A stretch of 64,000 nucleotides of DNA. It comes from an uncultured delta proteobacterium. GTDB lineage: Bacteria > Myxococcota_A > Polyangia > Polyangiales > Polyangiaceae. The notes under the pieces were generated by a model, which was not told the DNA's origin, made no database searches, and saw nothing but the letters and a program-made list of their open reading frames with translations. The first letter of the stretch is position 1. Every line of letters begins with the position of its first letter. The DNA is taken from contig CAWKKR010000001.1 in NCBI GenBank assembly GCA_963850305.1, positions 768,001 through 832,000 of the forward strand. Direction: 5' to 3'. The position numbers were made by a program, and so were the translations under genes. This document shows, piece after piece, positions 32,184-42,733 of the stretch.

Positions 32184-34217
32184 ATGAAGCGCTTTTCGTT
32201 CCCGATGCTCGTGAAGTCGCTTCTCGCGCTCGCATGCGTACTCGCCACGTCCGGCGTGTCCGCGGCACCGGAAGCGCACATCCTGCGGCTCGACCCGCGG
32301 GCGAGCCGGTCGAGCGGCGACCCGATCATCACCATGGTCGCCGAGATCGCGCAGTCGCGCCGCGTGAGCGACGCGCTCGCTCCCTGCGCCACGCAAACGG
32401 GAGACGCCGCGCTCGCGTGCATGGCCGATGCGCTGGAGAAGCCTTTCGCCCTCTACCAGTCGGTCCCGTTTCCGAAGCAGTCCGCCATCTTCACCGTCAC
32501 CGTCGATGATGCCGATCGACCAGCAAAGCTCATGAGCGCCGAGAGCTGGGGACAGGCGACGAATCAGCCCGGCGTCGGAACGGCGTGGCTCGTACTGATC
32601 GACGCCGATCGACGGATGGAGGGGGGGTTTTCGGACGCCAAACAGGTCGCGGGCGATTTCGTGGATAGCCTCGGCCCAAACGACATCGTCGACGTGAGAT
32701 TCTTCGATGAACGGGAGGTCGTCGAAGACTCGAAGTGGATGCCGGCGTCGGCAAGGTCTCGTGTCCTCTCGTTCATCCAGCGCGTGGCCGGCACCTATCC
32801 AGGCAACGCGCGGAGCCGCGCGCTGCCGGCCCTCATCAAGACTGCGGCGACCGACGGTTTCACGGCGCTCGGCAACGTGAGCGAGGCGGTGACCGTCCCG
32901 CTTCATCAAGCGATGGTCGTCCTGTCGAGCGGTTACGGCGGCACGGGGGCCGGCGCGCTGAAGCTTCGACAGTACATGACGGGGGGCCGGTTCCCGGAAG
33001 ACAACACCGAGCTTCCCAAGACACCTGTGCCGGTCATCAGCGTCTACTTCCCGATGCCCGCCCCCGACGAATCTCGCCGGGACTCGCTGGATTTCATGGA
33101 GAGCCTCACCAACCCGGAGATGGGCGGGTTCTTCGACGTCGTTCCCGCGGGACAGGGCGCACGCGGGGCGAACATCGTGAGGGCCGTGCGCACCCGCTTT
33201 TCGACGATGCAGCTCATCAAGTGGCGGGTGTCGTGCGTCGCACCGACGGCCACGCAAACCTTCGGCCTCGTGTTCAGCAACGTGAACCCGCCCATCCTCG
33301 GCGACAACTCGTTCAAGGACGCGCCGATTGGCATCGACCCGACCGCCTGGCCCCTCGACGTCGACATCGCGAGCACGCAAGCTGCAACCCTGGCTGCCGG
33401 CGGCATTTACCCGGGCGGCAAGCTCAAGGTCTACGGAGACTTTTGCTGGGGCGGCGACACCACTCGCGTGGAGGCTTACTTTCTCCCTGCAGGCCACGCC
33501 ACTCCCAAGGCTCCGCCCGTCGACGGTGCCGACCGGGAAAAAGGGACGCAGCAACGACTCATGGCGGAAGGCATGCGCGGCACTGCCACCGAGGCGGCCG
33601 ACACCTATGCCGAATTCGACGTGCCCGACAACGACAAGCTCGTGCACGGCTCCGGCGACCAGGCGGTGGCTGCGGTGATCATCTACGACAACAAAGCCCG
33701 TCGTACGAGCGGCATGACCGCCGACACGATCTTGCAGGTGAAGGCGACGGCCGCGCCATTTCCGATGCGGTGGGTTCTCGCTGGCGTTCTGGCCACCGGA
33801 GCCCTCGCGCTGCTCTCCTCGCTCGTGCTCCGGCGCGGCGCGGGTCGAAATCGGGGCGCCGTGTCGCCGTCGCCGCCGCCGATCGCGACCGTGTACGCCC
33901 CGAATTCGCCCGGACCAGACTATGCCACGCGCGCGACACTCCACGGGCAAGCCGGCAATTTCTCCGTGCCGCCAGGCAGTGAACTGCGGGCGGGCCGCGA
34001 CGCCGCCGAGTGCGCGATAGTGCTGAGCGATCCGCGCGTATCGAGCGTGCACGCTTCATTCAAGCTCGAGAACGGGCAACTCCTGATACGCGACGAGGGA
34101 AGCGACGGGGGCACCTTCGTGGACGGTGTCCAGTGCTCTCGCGGGTTCTGGACGCGGGTTCCGCATGGCGGCTCGGTGCGGCTCGCGGCGGTCGAACTGT
34201 CCGTTCGCCTCGCGTGA
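32184..34217 (+). CDS. Membrane-anchored VWA-like + cytoplasmic FHA domain protein
   Basis: Signal peptide, a VWA-like LVLID segment, a TM helix, and a C-terminal FHA (GRD...VSSVHA...DEGSDGGT). Confidence 0.8.
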   Translation: MKRFSFPMLVKSLLALACVLATSGVSAAPEAHILRLDPRASRSSGDPIITMVAEIAQSRRVSDALAPCATQTGDAALACMADALEKPFALYQSVPFPKQSAIFTVTVDDADRPAKLMSAESWGQATNQPGVGTAWLVLIDADRRMEGGFSDAKQVAGDFVDSLGPNDIVDVRFFDEREVVEDSKWMPASARSRVLSFIQRVAGTYPGNARSRALPALIKTAATDGFTALGNVSEAVTVPLHQAMVVLSSGYGGTGAGALKLRQYMTGGRFPEDNTELPKTPVPVISVYFPMPAPDESRRDSLDFMESLTNPEMGGFFDVVPAGQGARGANIVRAVRTRFSTMQLIKWRVSCVAPTATQTFGLVFSNVNPPILGDNSFKDAPIGIDPTAWPLDVDIASTQAATLAAGGIYPGGKLKVYGDFCWGGDTTRVEAYFLPAGHATPKAPPVDGADREKGTQQRLMAEGMRGTATEAADTYAEFDVPDNDKLVHGSGDQAVAAVIIYDNKARRTSGMTADTILQVKATAAPFPMRWVLAGVLATGALALLSSLVLRRGAGRNRGAVSPSPPPIATVYAPNSPGPDYATRATLHGQAGNFSVPPGSELRAGRDAAECAIVLSDPRVSSVHASFKLENGQLLIRDEGSDGGTFVDGVQCSRGFWTRVPHGGSVRLAAVELSVRLA

Positions 34218-34236
34218 CGGGCCTCCCCCTGCGGCC

Positions 34237-35304
34237 TCAGCTCCCACAGACCTTGCTCGCACAGCTACCGCTCTGACAATCGGCGTTCCGGATGCATGCG
34301 GCGCCGGTAGGGCACTTCGGACACACACCCCCGCCGCAATCCACGTCTGTTTCCGCGCCGTTCTTGGCACCATCCGCACACGTCGGGGTCGCGCAGTGCA
34401 AAGCGGGGTCGCAATACAGGGAAGTGCAATTGGCGGAAGTCAGACACGTCTTGCCCACGGCGCACAGCCTGCAAGGGTAAACGCCGCAGTCGACGTCGGT
34501 CTCGACGCCGTCTTCCTTGCCGTCGGTACATGTCGGGGTCTTGCAAATGTCGCTCGAACAGTTGCGCGACGTGCAGTCTATGTCGGAAAGGCACGCGTCG
34601 TTCGTCGGGCACGGAGGGCACGAGCCCCCACCGCAGTCGGTGTCGGTCTCGTTGCCGTCGATGATCCCGTCCGCGCAAGGCGAGATGCACACCTCGACCC
34701 CGCCGTCGGTGGCGCCACACGCGGCGCTCTCGCAATCGCGGCTGGCCTCGCACGATTGGCCGAGCGCGCATGGCCCGCAGTCGGGTCCGCCGCAGTCGCG
34801 GTCCGTCTCCTCGCCGTCGAGCACGCCGTCGTCGCACAGCGCGCGCGCGTCGATGGCCGCGTCGTGAGCAGGACCGCCATCGGATGCATCCGAAGCAGCG
34901 TCCAGAACGACGAATGCGCCGCCGCTGCCCGCGTCCACGGACACGGCGCCTCCGGTCGAGCCACCCGCTGCTCCGCCCAGGCCCCCCGCGCCTGGAGCTC
35001 CGCCAGCACTCGGCGCGCCGCCCGTCAGTACGGCCCCGCCGAAGCCGCCGTTCGACGCCCCGCCTCCCGATGAGCCTCCGCTCGACGATCCGGCAGCACC
35101 GGAGTCTGCGATCTCGCCCGGAAGGAGGCATCGATTGGTGCTCTTCTCGCACACGTAGCCTGGCGCGCACGTCCCGGCGAGGCACGGAAGTCCGTCGATG
35201 ACCGAGCTCTCCTCCGGCATGGCGCAGGAGATGGCAAGCGCGAGGCCGGACGCCACCGCGAGGACGGGTCCCGCCCGATGCAGCGCCAGGTCAAAAAGCC
35301 CCAT
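34237..35304 (-). CDS. Cys-rich repeat lipoprotein
   Basis: AISC lipobox and four C-x-DG-x-x-(D/N)G-x-ETD-x-DCG repeats. Confidence 0.85.
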   Translation of the reverse strand: MGLFDLALHRAGPVLAVASGLALAISCAMPEESSVIDGLPCLAGTCAPGYVCEKSTNRCLLPGEIADSGAAGSSSGGSSGGGASNGGFGGAVLTGGAPSAGGAPGAGGLGGAAGGSTGGAVSVDAGSGGAFVVLDAASDASDGGPAHDAAIDARALCDDGVLDGEETDRDCGGPDCGPCALGQSCEASRDCESAACGATDGGVEVCISPCADGIIDGNETDTDCGGGSCPPCPTNDACLSDIDCTSRNCSSDICKTPTCTDGKEDGVETDVDCGVYPCRLCAVGKTCLTSANCTSLYCDPALHCATPTCADGAKNGAETDVDCGGGVCPKCPTGAACIRNADCQSGSCASKVCGS

Positions 35305-36235
35305 GGACCTCCACGCCGCACGACGGCCCCGAACAAGCTGCCGTGACGTCCGTGGCGCCGCGCTTCCACAGATCGAAATACAGCAGCACTCCGCCGGCGA
35401 CGGCGAACGCGGAACCTACGCCGAGCGACACGCGGGAGATGGTCTGGTAGGTGGTCGCCTCATCGTAGCGGTCCTTCCCCTCGACGTTGGTCTCGCTCTT
35501 CGCACTCGACACGGCTGCGGCGCGCGCGAATTCGAACCCGAGGGCGGCGCCGAGCCCGGCAACGCCGACGCCGAGGGCGCTCCACGTGACCGGCGTTATT
35601 CGCCGGACCCGTTGCACGGACGCTTCGGCGACTGGAACCGAAACGGGGACGATCGGATGCAGCGGTTCGACCTGCAGCTTCAGCGAGACGTCCACGGCGC
35701 GGTCCGCCGGCAGCTCGAACGAAGTGGCAGCGTCGAGGTACCCGCGAAGCTCCAGCGAGACCTGGTGCGCGCCCGGTGGCATTTCACCCGACCATGGCGT
35801 CACTCCGACGCGCCGCCCATCGAGTGTGATGGTCGCTCCATCGGGCGTGGATAGAATCGTCGCTTGCTGAACGCCGCGAGCCAGGAGCCGCTGTTCGGCC
35901 TGGACGATCTTCGGCTCGATCTCGGCGCGATCCGGCGCCGCCGGCAGAGCGCGGAGATACGCTCGGTACCACTTGAGCGCGTCGGGCGCGTCGCCGAGCT
36001 CTTCGTACGCGAGTCCGATGTTGTACGCGAACGCCGGATTCGGAGAGAGACGGTTCGCTTCCAGGAACCGCTCGATGGCGTCCATGTAGCTGCCGGCGGC
36101 GTAGGCCGCTGCTCCTTCCTGATAGCGCTGCCGCGATAGCTCCTTCGGATCGGTGGACGGTCCGTCCGCGCGGGCGGGTTCTGCCAGCGAGGCGAGCAGG
36201 GCGAGCATCAAGAAAGCGCGTGAACGCGGGAACAT
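35291..36235 (-). CDS. TPR + PEGA domain protein
   Basis: Signal peptide, TPR (AYNIGLAYEELG), PEGA (STPDGATITLDG) and C-terminal TM segments. Confidence 0.85.
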   Translation of the reverse strand: MFPRSRAFLMLALLASLAEPARADGPSTDPKELSRQRYQEGAAAYAAGSYMDAIERFLEANRLSPNPAFAYNIGLAYEELGDAPDALKWYRAYLRALPAAPDRAEIEPKIVQAEQRLLARGVQQATILSTPDGATITLDGRRVGVTPWSGEMPPGAHQVSLELRGYLDAATSFELPADRAVDVSLKLQVEPLHPIVPVSVPVAEASVQRVRRITPVTWSALGVGVAGLGAALGFEFARAAAVSSAKSETNVEGKDRYDEATTYQTISRVSLGVGSAFAVAGGVLLYFDLWKRGATDVTAACSGPSCGVEVHGAF

Positions 36236-36264
36236 CGGATTGTACGATTACGCCGCTGAGGCCA

Positions 36265-37683
36265 TCATTGAAAGGGGTCTTTCAGCGTTGGCTTCCGCAT
36301 GTGCCCGGACCAGTGCGGCCGCGTGGGTGTTCCGCTCGTGAGTGCCTTGCTCGACGTTGCATTGAAGGTGCCGTCCGACGCCGACGGCGCGGGATCCACT
36401 TCGGGTGGGCGCGCCGGAGCAATCTTGTGAGAATCGTCGCGGTCGGCGCGCGGCAGCGCAGGCGAGTGTCTTGCCAGCGGAGCGGGCGGTCGTGCGGCGG
36501 CGGTCGACGGTGTGGCCGCGTGTCGTGCAGGCTCAGGTCCGCGCAACCACTTGCCGACCAGGAGGCCGCCCCCCAGACCGGCAGCCGTCATCGCGACTGC
36601 GACGATCACCAGAGGATTTCTTGCCGGGTGCGAGACGACTCGCAAGCGCGACGTCGTGATGCCGCTCTCCTCCGACACCCGGTCGCTCTGCTCGTCCCCG
36701 GCCGGGCTCAAGGACATCAGAGCATCTCCCGTTGCCGAGGAGGTTCTCTGGGACCAGGCGGACTCCAGAGTTGCTCCCGCAATGTCCTCGGTCACACCCT
36801 GCGAAAGCAGCCAGTGTGACAATGCTTCTCCCAGTGCGCGCATCGTCGGGAATCGGTCATCGGGCGACTTCGACAGACCCTTGGCGAGAATCTCAGCGAG
36901 AGGCACGTCCGCGGCGCTGGAAACGGACAGCGGTTCCGGGTCGCCGGTCAGAATCGCGTGAAGCGTCGCATTGTAGTTATCGCGTGTGAAGGGTTTCTTC
37001 CCGCTGACGAGCTCATAGAGGACCACACAGACCGACCAGATGTCGGCGCGGTAATCGACCTCATCGCCACGCGCTTGCTCGGGCGACATGTACGTCGGAC
37101 TCCCGAGCACTTCACCGGCCTGGGTCAGCTTGACCTCGCTCTGCTCTATCTTCGCGATGCCGAAGTCCACGATCTTCGGCTGAAGCCGCTCCCCCTCCAC
37201 TTTCACGAGAAAGACGTTCTCGGGCTTGAGGTCGCGGTGAACGATACCTTTCGCATGAGCGGCGGCGAGAGCGTGCACGATCGGAAGCAAGGTACGAACG
37301 GCCTTGGTCGGTGTGATCTGCCCGTGTCGAGCCAGCGCCGTCGCCAAGTCTTCCCCCTCGAGCCGCTCCATTACGATGTACGGCTCGCCGACCTCGGTCC
37401 GCCCGAAATCGAACACGTGCACGATGGCCGGATGTTCGAGGCGAGCGGCGGCACGGGCCTCCTGGAGTAGGCGCTCGGCGGCCTCGCCGCTTGCGCCCGG
37501 GCGGATCAGTTTCACCGCGACGTCGATGTCCAGGGTCTCGTTGTGTGCCAGCCAGACGTCCCCCATGCCGCCCTGGCCGAGCAACCTGGTCAGACGATAA
37601 TTGGCGCCAATCAGCTCACCTATCCGGCGAGTGAGCGGCGGCGCGGCAGGCGCGCCCTCCTGGACCTCGGCATTGGCGACCAT
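36265..37683 (-). CDS. Hanks-type Ser/Thr protein kinase with a TM helix
   Basis: LGQGGMG, VAVK, HRDLKPEN, DFG, YMSPE and DIWS motifs. Confidence 0.95.
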   Translation of the reverse strand: MVANAEVQEGAPAAPPLTRRIGELIGANYRLTRLLGQGGMGDVWLAHNETLDIDVAVKLIRPGASGEAAERLLQEARAAARLEHPAIVHVFDFGRTEVGEPYIVMERLEGEDLATALARHGQITPTKAVRTLLPIVHALAAAHAKGIVHRDLKPENVFLVKVEGERLQPKIVDFGIAKIEQSEVKLTQAGEVLGSPTYMSPEQARGDEVDYRADIWSVCVVLYELVSGKKPFTRDNYNATLHAILTGDPEPLSVSSAADVPLAEILAKGLSKSPDDRFPTMRALGEALSHWLLSQGVTEDIAGATLESAWSQRTSSATGDALMSLSPAGDEQSDRVSEESGITTSRLRVVSHPARNPLVIVAVAMTAAGLGGGLLVGKWLRGPEPARHAATPSTAAARPPAPLARHSPALPRADRDDSHKIAPARPPEVDPAPSASDGTFNATSSKALTSGTPTRPHWSGHMRKPTLKDPFQ

Positions 37684-37900
37684 TGACTCGTGACCGACCT
37701 CGAAGAGTACACCGGGGATCCCGCCGAGGCAGGTAAGGAACCGTCTTTTTTCGGGGCTTTCCCGGCAGGCGGGGGTCGGAGGATGTCCCGAGAATCGAGG
37801 GCCGCCATTCTTCGTGGCGAGGCTCGACTGGCATTCGGGTTATATTCCGAGATTATCGCTCGGGGAAACGGTGTCTCCGGGGCCTGTTTCGAGGTGGAAG

Positions 37901-39388
37901 ATGCAACGCGCAAAAATCTCGGCTCTCCTGTTCGTGACCGCAATCGGCTTTGGCCCGGGTTGCGGCTCGAGCGAATCGAACGGCCTGGTGCGTCCGAAGG
38001 CGACAGCGGCGCCGACCGGCAGCGTGAGCGTGACGACGACCTTTCCGAGCCCCGCAGTCGAGACCACCACTGACACCATTCACGTCTGGGTCCTGACCGG
38101 CGACGGCGATGCCGGCGCCAACTGCAACGACCTCGTCGGCGGCAGGCTCATCCCCTACTCGCCCGATCTCGAGCTCCGCGGAGACGTGGTCCAGAAGGAT
38201 CCGAGCAAGGCGACAACCCTCGCGGCAGTCGGCCTGGGCGCGGCGTTCGTGTACGTCGAAGCGGTCAACTATGACGGCACCGTCGAATATGCCGGTTGCC
38301 AGGCGGTCGACGTCGAAGGGGCGACGACTTCCGCACAGGTCACGCTGGGCAAGGCGAAAGTCTACGATTGCGCGGACCGCGGGGTTGCGGATGGATCGCC
38401 TTGCGACGACGGAAAGCTCTGCACGGTAGGCGAAACTTGCAAGGCGGGTACATGCCAGGGTGGCTCGGCTCGAACCTGCACCGGACAGACGAGCGCGTGC
38501 TCCGCGGGCACGTGCGACGAAACCAATGGCTGCACGCAGACCCAGGTCGCCGACGGAACGCCCTGCGACGACGGGCTCGCCTGCACGACCGGGGACGTTT
38601 GCACGGGCGGCACGTGCGCCGGGACGACCCGTGACTGTGCGGCGGAAGCAGGAACCTGCCGGACCTCGTTCGGCTGCAGCGAGGCCGCCGGCGGATGTCA
38701 GTTCGAGTCGGCGAACAACTACGGCGCGGCCTGCGACGACGGCCTATTCTGCACGACGAACGACACCTGCGACTTCTCCGGGAACTGCACCGGCACGCCG
38801 CGCGATTGCACGAACGGCGGATGCTCCACGGGGACCTGCAACGAAGCCGCGGGCCGTTGCGACTCGACGCCGACGTCGTCGACCGCTGCGTGCAACGACG
38901 GCCTCTACTGTACGACGAACGACCGCTGCGACGGACTCGGGAACTGCGTCGGAACGCCCGTCGTCTGCAATTCTTCGTGCGCGACGTGCAGCGAGGCGAC
39001 CTACGGTTCCTGCTCCCAGTACGCGACCGCAGGAGCGAGCTGCGACGACGGCAATCCCTGCACGACCGGCGGCGTCTGCGATTCGTACGGGGATTGCACG
39101 ACGGGGACGGCTCTTCCGAGTGGCACCGCGTGCAACGACGGCAATCCCTGCACGACGAACGATCAGTGTTCGTCCGGGTACTGCTACGGCGAGAGCTACG
39201 TCACGGCAGGGACGGCTTGCGGCGCGCCGTGCGTCATCGGAGGGTCCTGCGATGGCTACGGCGACTGCTACGGGGTAGGCGACGCGACCGAGGGCACGAC
39301 CTGCAGCGACGGCGATTCTTGTACGAACGGAGACGTCTGCAACGGGTCAGGCACCTGCCGCGGCACGCCGATCCCGCTCTGCCAGTGA
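37901..39388 (+). CDS. Cys-rich repeat lipoprotein
   Basis: GAGGTGG precedes the ATG; GPGC lipobox; about seven C-(D/N/S)-DG-x-x-CT repeats. Confidence 0.85.
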   Translation: MQRAKISALLFVTAIGFGPGCGSSESNGLVRPKATAAPTGSVSVTTTFPSPAVETTTDTIHVWVLTGDGDAGANCNDLVGGRLIPYSPDLELRGDVVQKDPSKATTLAAVGLGAAFVYVEAVNYDGTVEYAGCQAVDVEGATTSAQVTLGKAKVYDCADRGVADGSPCDDGKLCTVGETCKAGTCQGGSARTCTGQTSACSAGTCDETNGCTQTQVADGTPCDDGLACTTGDVCTGGTCAGTTRDCAAEAGTCRTSFGCSEAAGGCQFESANNYGAACDDGLFCTTNDTCDFSGNCTGTPRDCTNGGCSTGTCNEAAGRCDSTPTSSTAACNDGLYCTTNDRCDGLGNCVGTPVVCNSSCATCSEATYGSCSQYATAGASCDDGNPCTTGGVCDSYGDCTTGTALPSGTACNDGNPCTTNDQCSSGYCYGESYVTAGTACGAPCVIGGSCDGYGDCYGVGDATEGTTCSDGDSCTNGDVCNGSGTCRGTPIPLCQ

Positions 39389-39450
39389 CGCGGGTGCAGC
39401 ACGGGGGGCCGCTTCCGCCGGACGCATCTCTCTTCGGTGACTGCCCGAGC

Positions 39451-41316
39451 TCAGTGATTGCCCGAGCACGAGACCGACCCCGCGGGTGGGGTATCGTTGC
39501 AGACTTTCCAGCCCCCGTGATCGACGCACTGACCGCGGCATTGTTCGTTTGTCAAGCACGGCTCGCCGGTCGCAACGAACGGAGCACAACGTGGCGGGTC
39601 TTCCGAGCTGTCGCAGTACAGTGCCTTGGGGTCGCAAGGCGGCTTGCCGAGGCTCGCGCCGCAGAGGTCGCCCGCGGATAGTCCGGCCGTGCACGTCGAC
39701 GAACTCGTCGTGCCCCCACCGAGGAGACCGCCGGTGCCTCCGGTGTTCAAGCCCGGAGGCGCGCCGTAGCAGACGAGCGTCGCGCACTGATCGTTGCTCG
39801 AACACGCGGAGCCCGTGTCGAGCGGTAGTGTCGTGCACACGCGGGACGTCTCGAGCCCGCAGAAGCCCGACGTGCACTGAGTCGATTCCGTGCAGGCTTC
39901 CCCACTCGCGAGCGGAGGCTTCGCGCAAAATCCGGCGACGCAGGCAGAAGATTGACAGTCCGTGTCCAGGGCGCAGATGGCGCCGTCGGGCTTCAGCGCG
40001 ACGCAGTAGGGGACACACTCGAACCGGGTCGTGTCGCATTTGCCCGAACCGCCGGGGCAATCGGTGTCCGCGGAGCAGTAGGTACCGGCGCCCACGCACG
40101 TTCCGCCCGCACATTGGGCGCTATCGCCGCTCGGGCAGAGGCCCGGCGGTGTCACTTGTGGAGCGCAGGTCCCCGTCGACACATCGCAGAATCCGCTCAC
40201 ACACTGTTCGTTCGCGTCGACCGCGAGGGATGAGCTCGTCGCGCCGCAGGGGGAACCCGTCGCAATCTTCGCCTGGCACACGCTCCGCGTCGAATCCGTT
40301 GGATCGACCGCGCAAGTGAGGGTGTCCGCGCAGTCCGAAGGAACGGTACACGGAACGCCGGCTGCACGCGGCACGCCACATCGACCCGTGCCGAAAGACT
40401 CCGCGCCGAGACCGACGCCAATACCGAGACACTTCAGCTGAGCCGTCGCGTCGCAATCGTCGTCCGTCGAGCACGTCGCGCCGTCCTGACACGCGACGAC
40501 GCACGTTGAGGTGAGCCAATCACAGGACAGGTCGCTGCGACACTGCGTGAGGAGTGTCGCGGGGTCGGGGGGCACGTTCCGGTCCCCGTAAACACACGTA
40601 TCCCCCGGACCGGCCGGCGTGTGGCATTTGCCGTCGAGCCCCGAGCAGTAAAGGCCGTCGGCGCAGCTTCCGCCGGACGTTGCGTCCGAACAGAACTCAC
40701 CCTCCTGTGAAAAGCGGACACACTCGCCCTCGGTGCCGAAGTCCGCATCGGTCGAGCAGTGCAGGCCGGGCCCACACTCGAAAGCCCCCCCGAGACTGGT
40801 ACAGGTGTCCCCTTCCTTGAGCTTGCCGATGAAAATCTTCGTCGGGTCGCACGGCGTGTCATCGACCGGCGGCGTCGGCGGCGTGCATACCGCCGGCACG
40901 GCATTGACCGCGGCGACCGGGGGCGCATTACAGGCGAGTGTCGAGAGGTAGTCCGTGCAGGCCTGGAGCGCCTTCGAGTCGATGCTCGTACGCCCATCGT
41001 TCACCGCGCGATCGAGTGCCGCAGCGTTGGGGATGACGACTGCCAGGCCGGGAAACGCACTGAGCGTGAAATCGACCTGCCCGGTGTCCTCGGTGGCGTC
41101 GAGGATCCGTTCGGCGCAGTTGTCCTCCGTGACGAAAGGTTGCAGGTAATAGGCGACCTCGCCGGCCTGACAGCAGCGGTATGCAAAGGAACACGCCGCC
41201 TGGGCGAGCGACTCGACCGAAGGCGTGACTTGCTGGTGTTTTGCGCTCCCACAGGAGGAGGCGAATGGCAAAAGGAGTGTCGCGACCAGCCAGACGTTTA
41301 CGGATCGCCTTCGCAT
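39451..41316 (-). CDS. Cys-rich repeat lipoprotein
   Basis: ASSC lipobox and many G-x-x-C-x4-C-x-SG-x-C repeats. Confidence 0.85.
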   Translation of the reverse strand: MRRRSVNVWLVATLLLPFASSCGSAKHQQVTPSVESLAQAACSFAYRCCQAGEVAYYLQPFVTEDNCAERILDATEDTGQVDFTLSAFPGLAVVIPNAAALDRAVNDGRTSIDSKALQACTDYLSTLACNAPPVAAVNAVPAVCTPPTPPVDDTPCDPTKIFIGKLKEGDTCTSLGGAFECGPGLHCSTDADFGTEGECVRFSQEGEFCSDATSGGSCADGLYCSGLDGKCHTPAGPGDTCVYGDRNVPPDPATLLTQCRSDLSCDWLTSTCVVACQDGATCSTDDDCDATAQLKCLGIGVGLGAESFGTGRCGVPRAAGVPCTVPSDCADTLTCAVDPTDSTRSVCQAKIATGSPCGATSSSLAVDANEQCVSGFCDVSTGTCAPQVTPPGLCPSGDSAQCAGGTCVGAGTYCSADTDCPGGSGKCDTTRFECVPYCVALKPDGAICALDTDCQSSACVAGFCAKPPLASGEACTESTQCTSGFCGLETSRVCTTLPLDTGSACSSNDQCATLVCYGAPPGLNTGGTGGLLGGGTTSSSTCTAGLSAGDLCGASLGKPPCDPKALYCDSSEDPPRCAPFVATGEPCLTNEQCRGQCVDHGGWKVCNDTPPAGSVSCSGNH

Positions 41317-41440
41317 ATGGGCCCTCGACTGCCCAGGCTAACAGAATCCCCGGCCGGAACGGAGAAGAGAAGGTGAGCCGAGCTCGAGAGCCCCCGGCGA
41401 TTCAGTTGCGACGGCCGTGGGCCTCGTCTAGAAAACCCCG

Positions 41441-42311
41441 ATGGACCGAAGGGGCATCCTCCTCGCAGGCGGTACGGGAACCCGTCTCTATCCAATCACG
41501 AGAGGCGTCAGCAAGCAGCTCCTCCCGGTCTACGACAAGCCGATGATCTACTATCCGCTGACGACCCTGATGTTCGCCGGCATCCGCGACATCCTGGTCA
41601 TCACTACCCCCGAGGAGCAGCCCAGGTTCAAAACGTTGCTGGGCGACGGCCGGCGCTGGGGCCTATCGCTTTCATACGTGGCGCAAGCCAAGCCGGACGG
41701 CATCGCCCAGGCCTTCATTCTAGGTCGGGAGTTCCTGAACGGCGCCCCCTCGGCTCTCGTCCTGGGGGACAACCTCTTTTACGGACATGGCCTCCAGGAA
41801 CTCGTCGTCCGCGCCGCCAAGCGCCCCACGGGCGCGACCGTATTTGGCTACTGGGTGCGAGAATCCGGGAGCGTACGGCGTCGCCGAGTTCGATGAGAAC
41901 GGAATGGTGGTTGGGCTCGAGGAGAAGCCCTCAGCTCCGAAGTCGAACTACGCGGTCACGGGGCTCTACTTCTACGACGGAACGGCACCGGATCGCGCCG
42001 CACGGCTCGAACCCTCTTCGCGAGGAGAGCTCGAAATCACGGACTTGAACCGCACTTATCTCGGTGACGCGGCGCTACACGTGGAGCTGCTCGGGCGGGG
42101 GTTCGCCTGGCTGGATACCGGGACGCACGAAGCGCTCCTCCAGGCCTCGAACTTCATCCACACCATCGAGGCTCGCCAGGGCCTGAAAGTCGGATGCCCC
42201 GAGGAAGTGGCGTTTCAGAAAGGGTGGATCGACAGGGATGGCCTGAACGCCCTCGCCGCCGAGCTCGGCAAGACCGAGTACGCCGCTTACCTGCGCCAGC
42301 TCGTCGGCTAA
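41441..42311 (+). CDS. rfbA: Glucose-1-phosphate thymidylyltransferase; frameshift near 41865
   Basis: [41 protein letters not shown] and WLDTGT, spread over two frames. Confidence 0.92.
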
Positions 42312-42358
42312 ACCCCGAGAGCGCCGTCGAGCCGAAACCCGCCACGCCCCCCGACGCT

Positions 42359-42649
42359 TCACGGGCAGGGGCGCGGCACGGGAACCGGAGTTCGGTCGAC
42401 GGCGCCGGCAGCCCGCACGGGAATGCCGTCGGGCTTGGACGTTCGCGCTTCACGGCGACGCCGCGCCACCTCGTCACCGACGAGCAAGGGGAGCAGGAAG
42501 ACCCCACCGGGCGCAATGACCATCAGCACCCAAAGCACGGCGCGAATGACGAGGGGCACGGTAGCCTCAACATGAGCACAGGACATGCCAAACGCAATCC
42601 CACCGAGCGCGAAAACGTTGACGCGGAGGCACCACGATCGGGCTGTCAT
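42359..42649 (-). CDS. Possible small membrane protein
   Basis: Hydrophobic VLWVLMVIAPGGVFLLPLLV segment followed by RRRR; start uncertain. Confidence 0.4.
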   Translation of the reverse strand: MTARSWCLRVNVFALGGIAFGMSCAHVEATVPLVIRAVLWVLMVIAPGGVFLLPLLVGDEVARRRREARTSKPDGIPVRAAGAVDRTPVPVPRPCP

Positions 42650-42733
42650 ACCTGGGCCAGGGGCGCACAGGTGTTTGCGTGGCGGTCCTCGAAAACGAGG
42701 GCTCCCGGCCCCCGTGGCGGCGATGGGCTCGTC

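Noticed and set aside
39750..39775. YGAPP motif in the Cys-rich lipoprotein as a trans substrate of the splicease-like rSAM
   Set aside because: It is a single short match 13 kb away, inside a disulfide repeat, with no zinc-ribbon leader; chance is likely.
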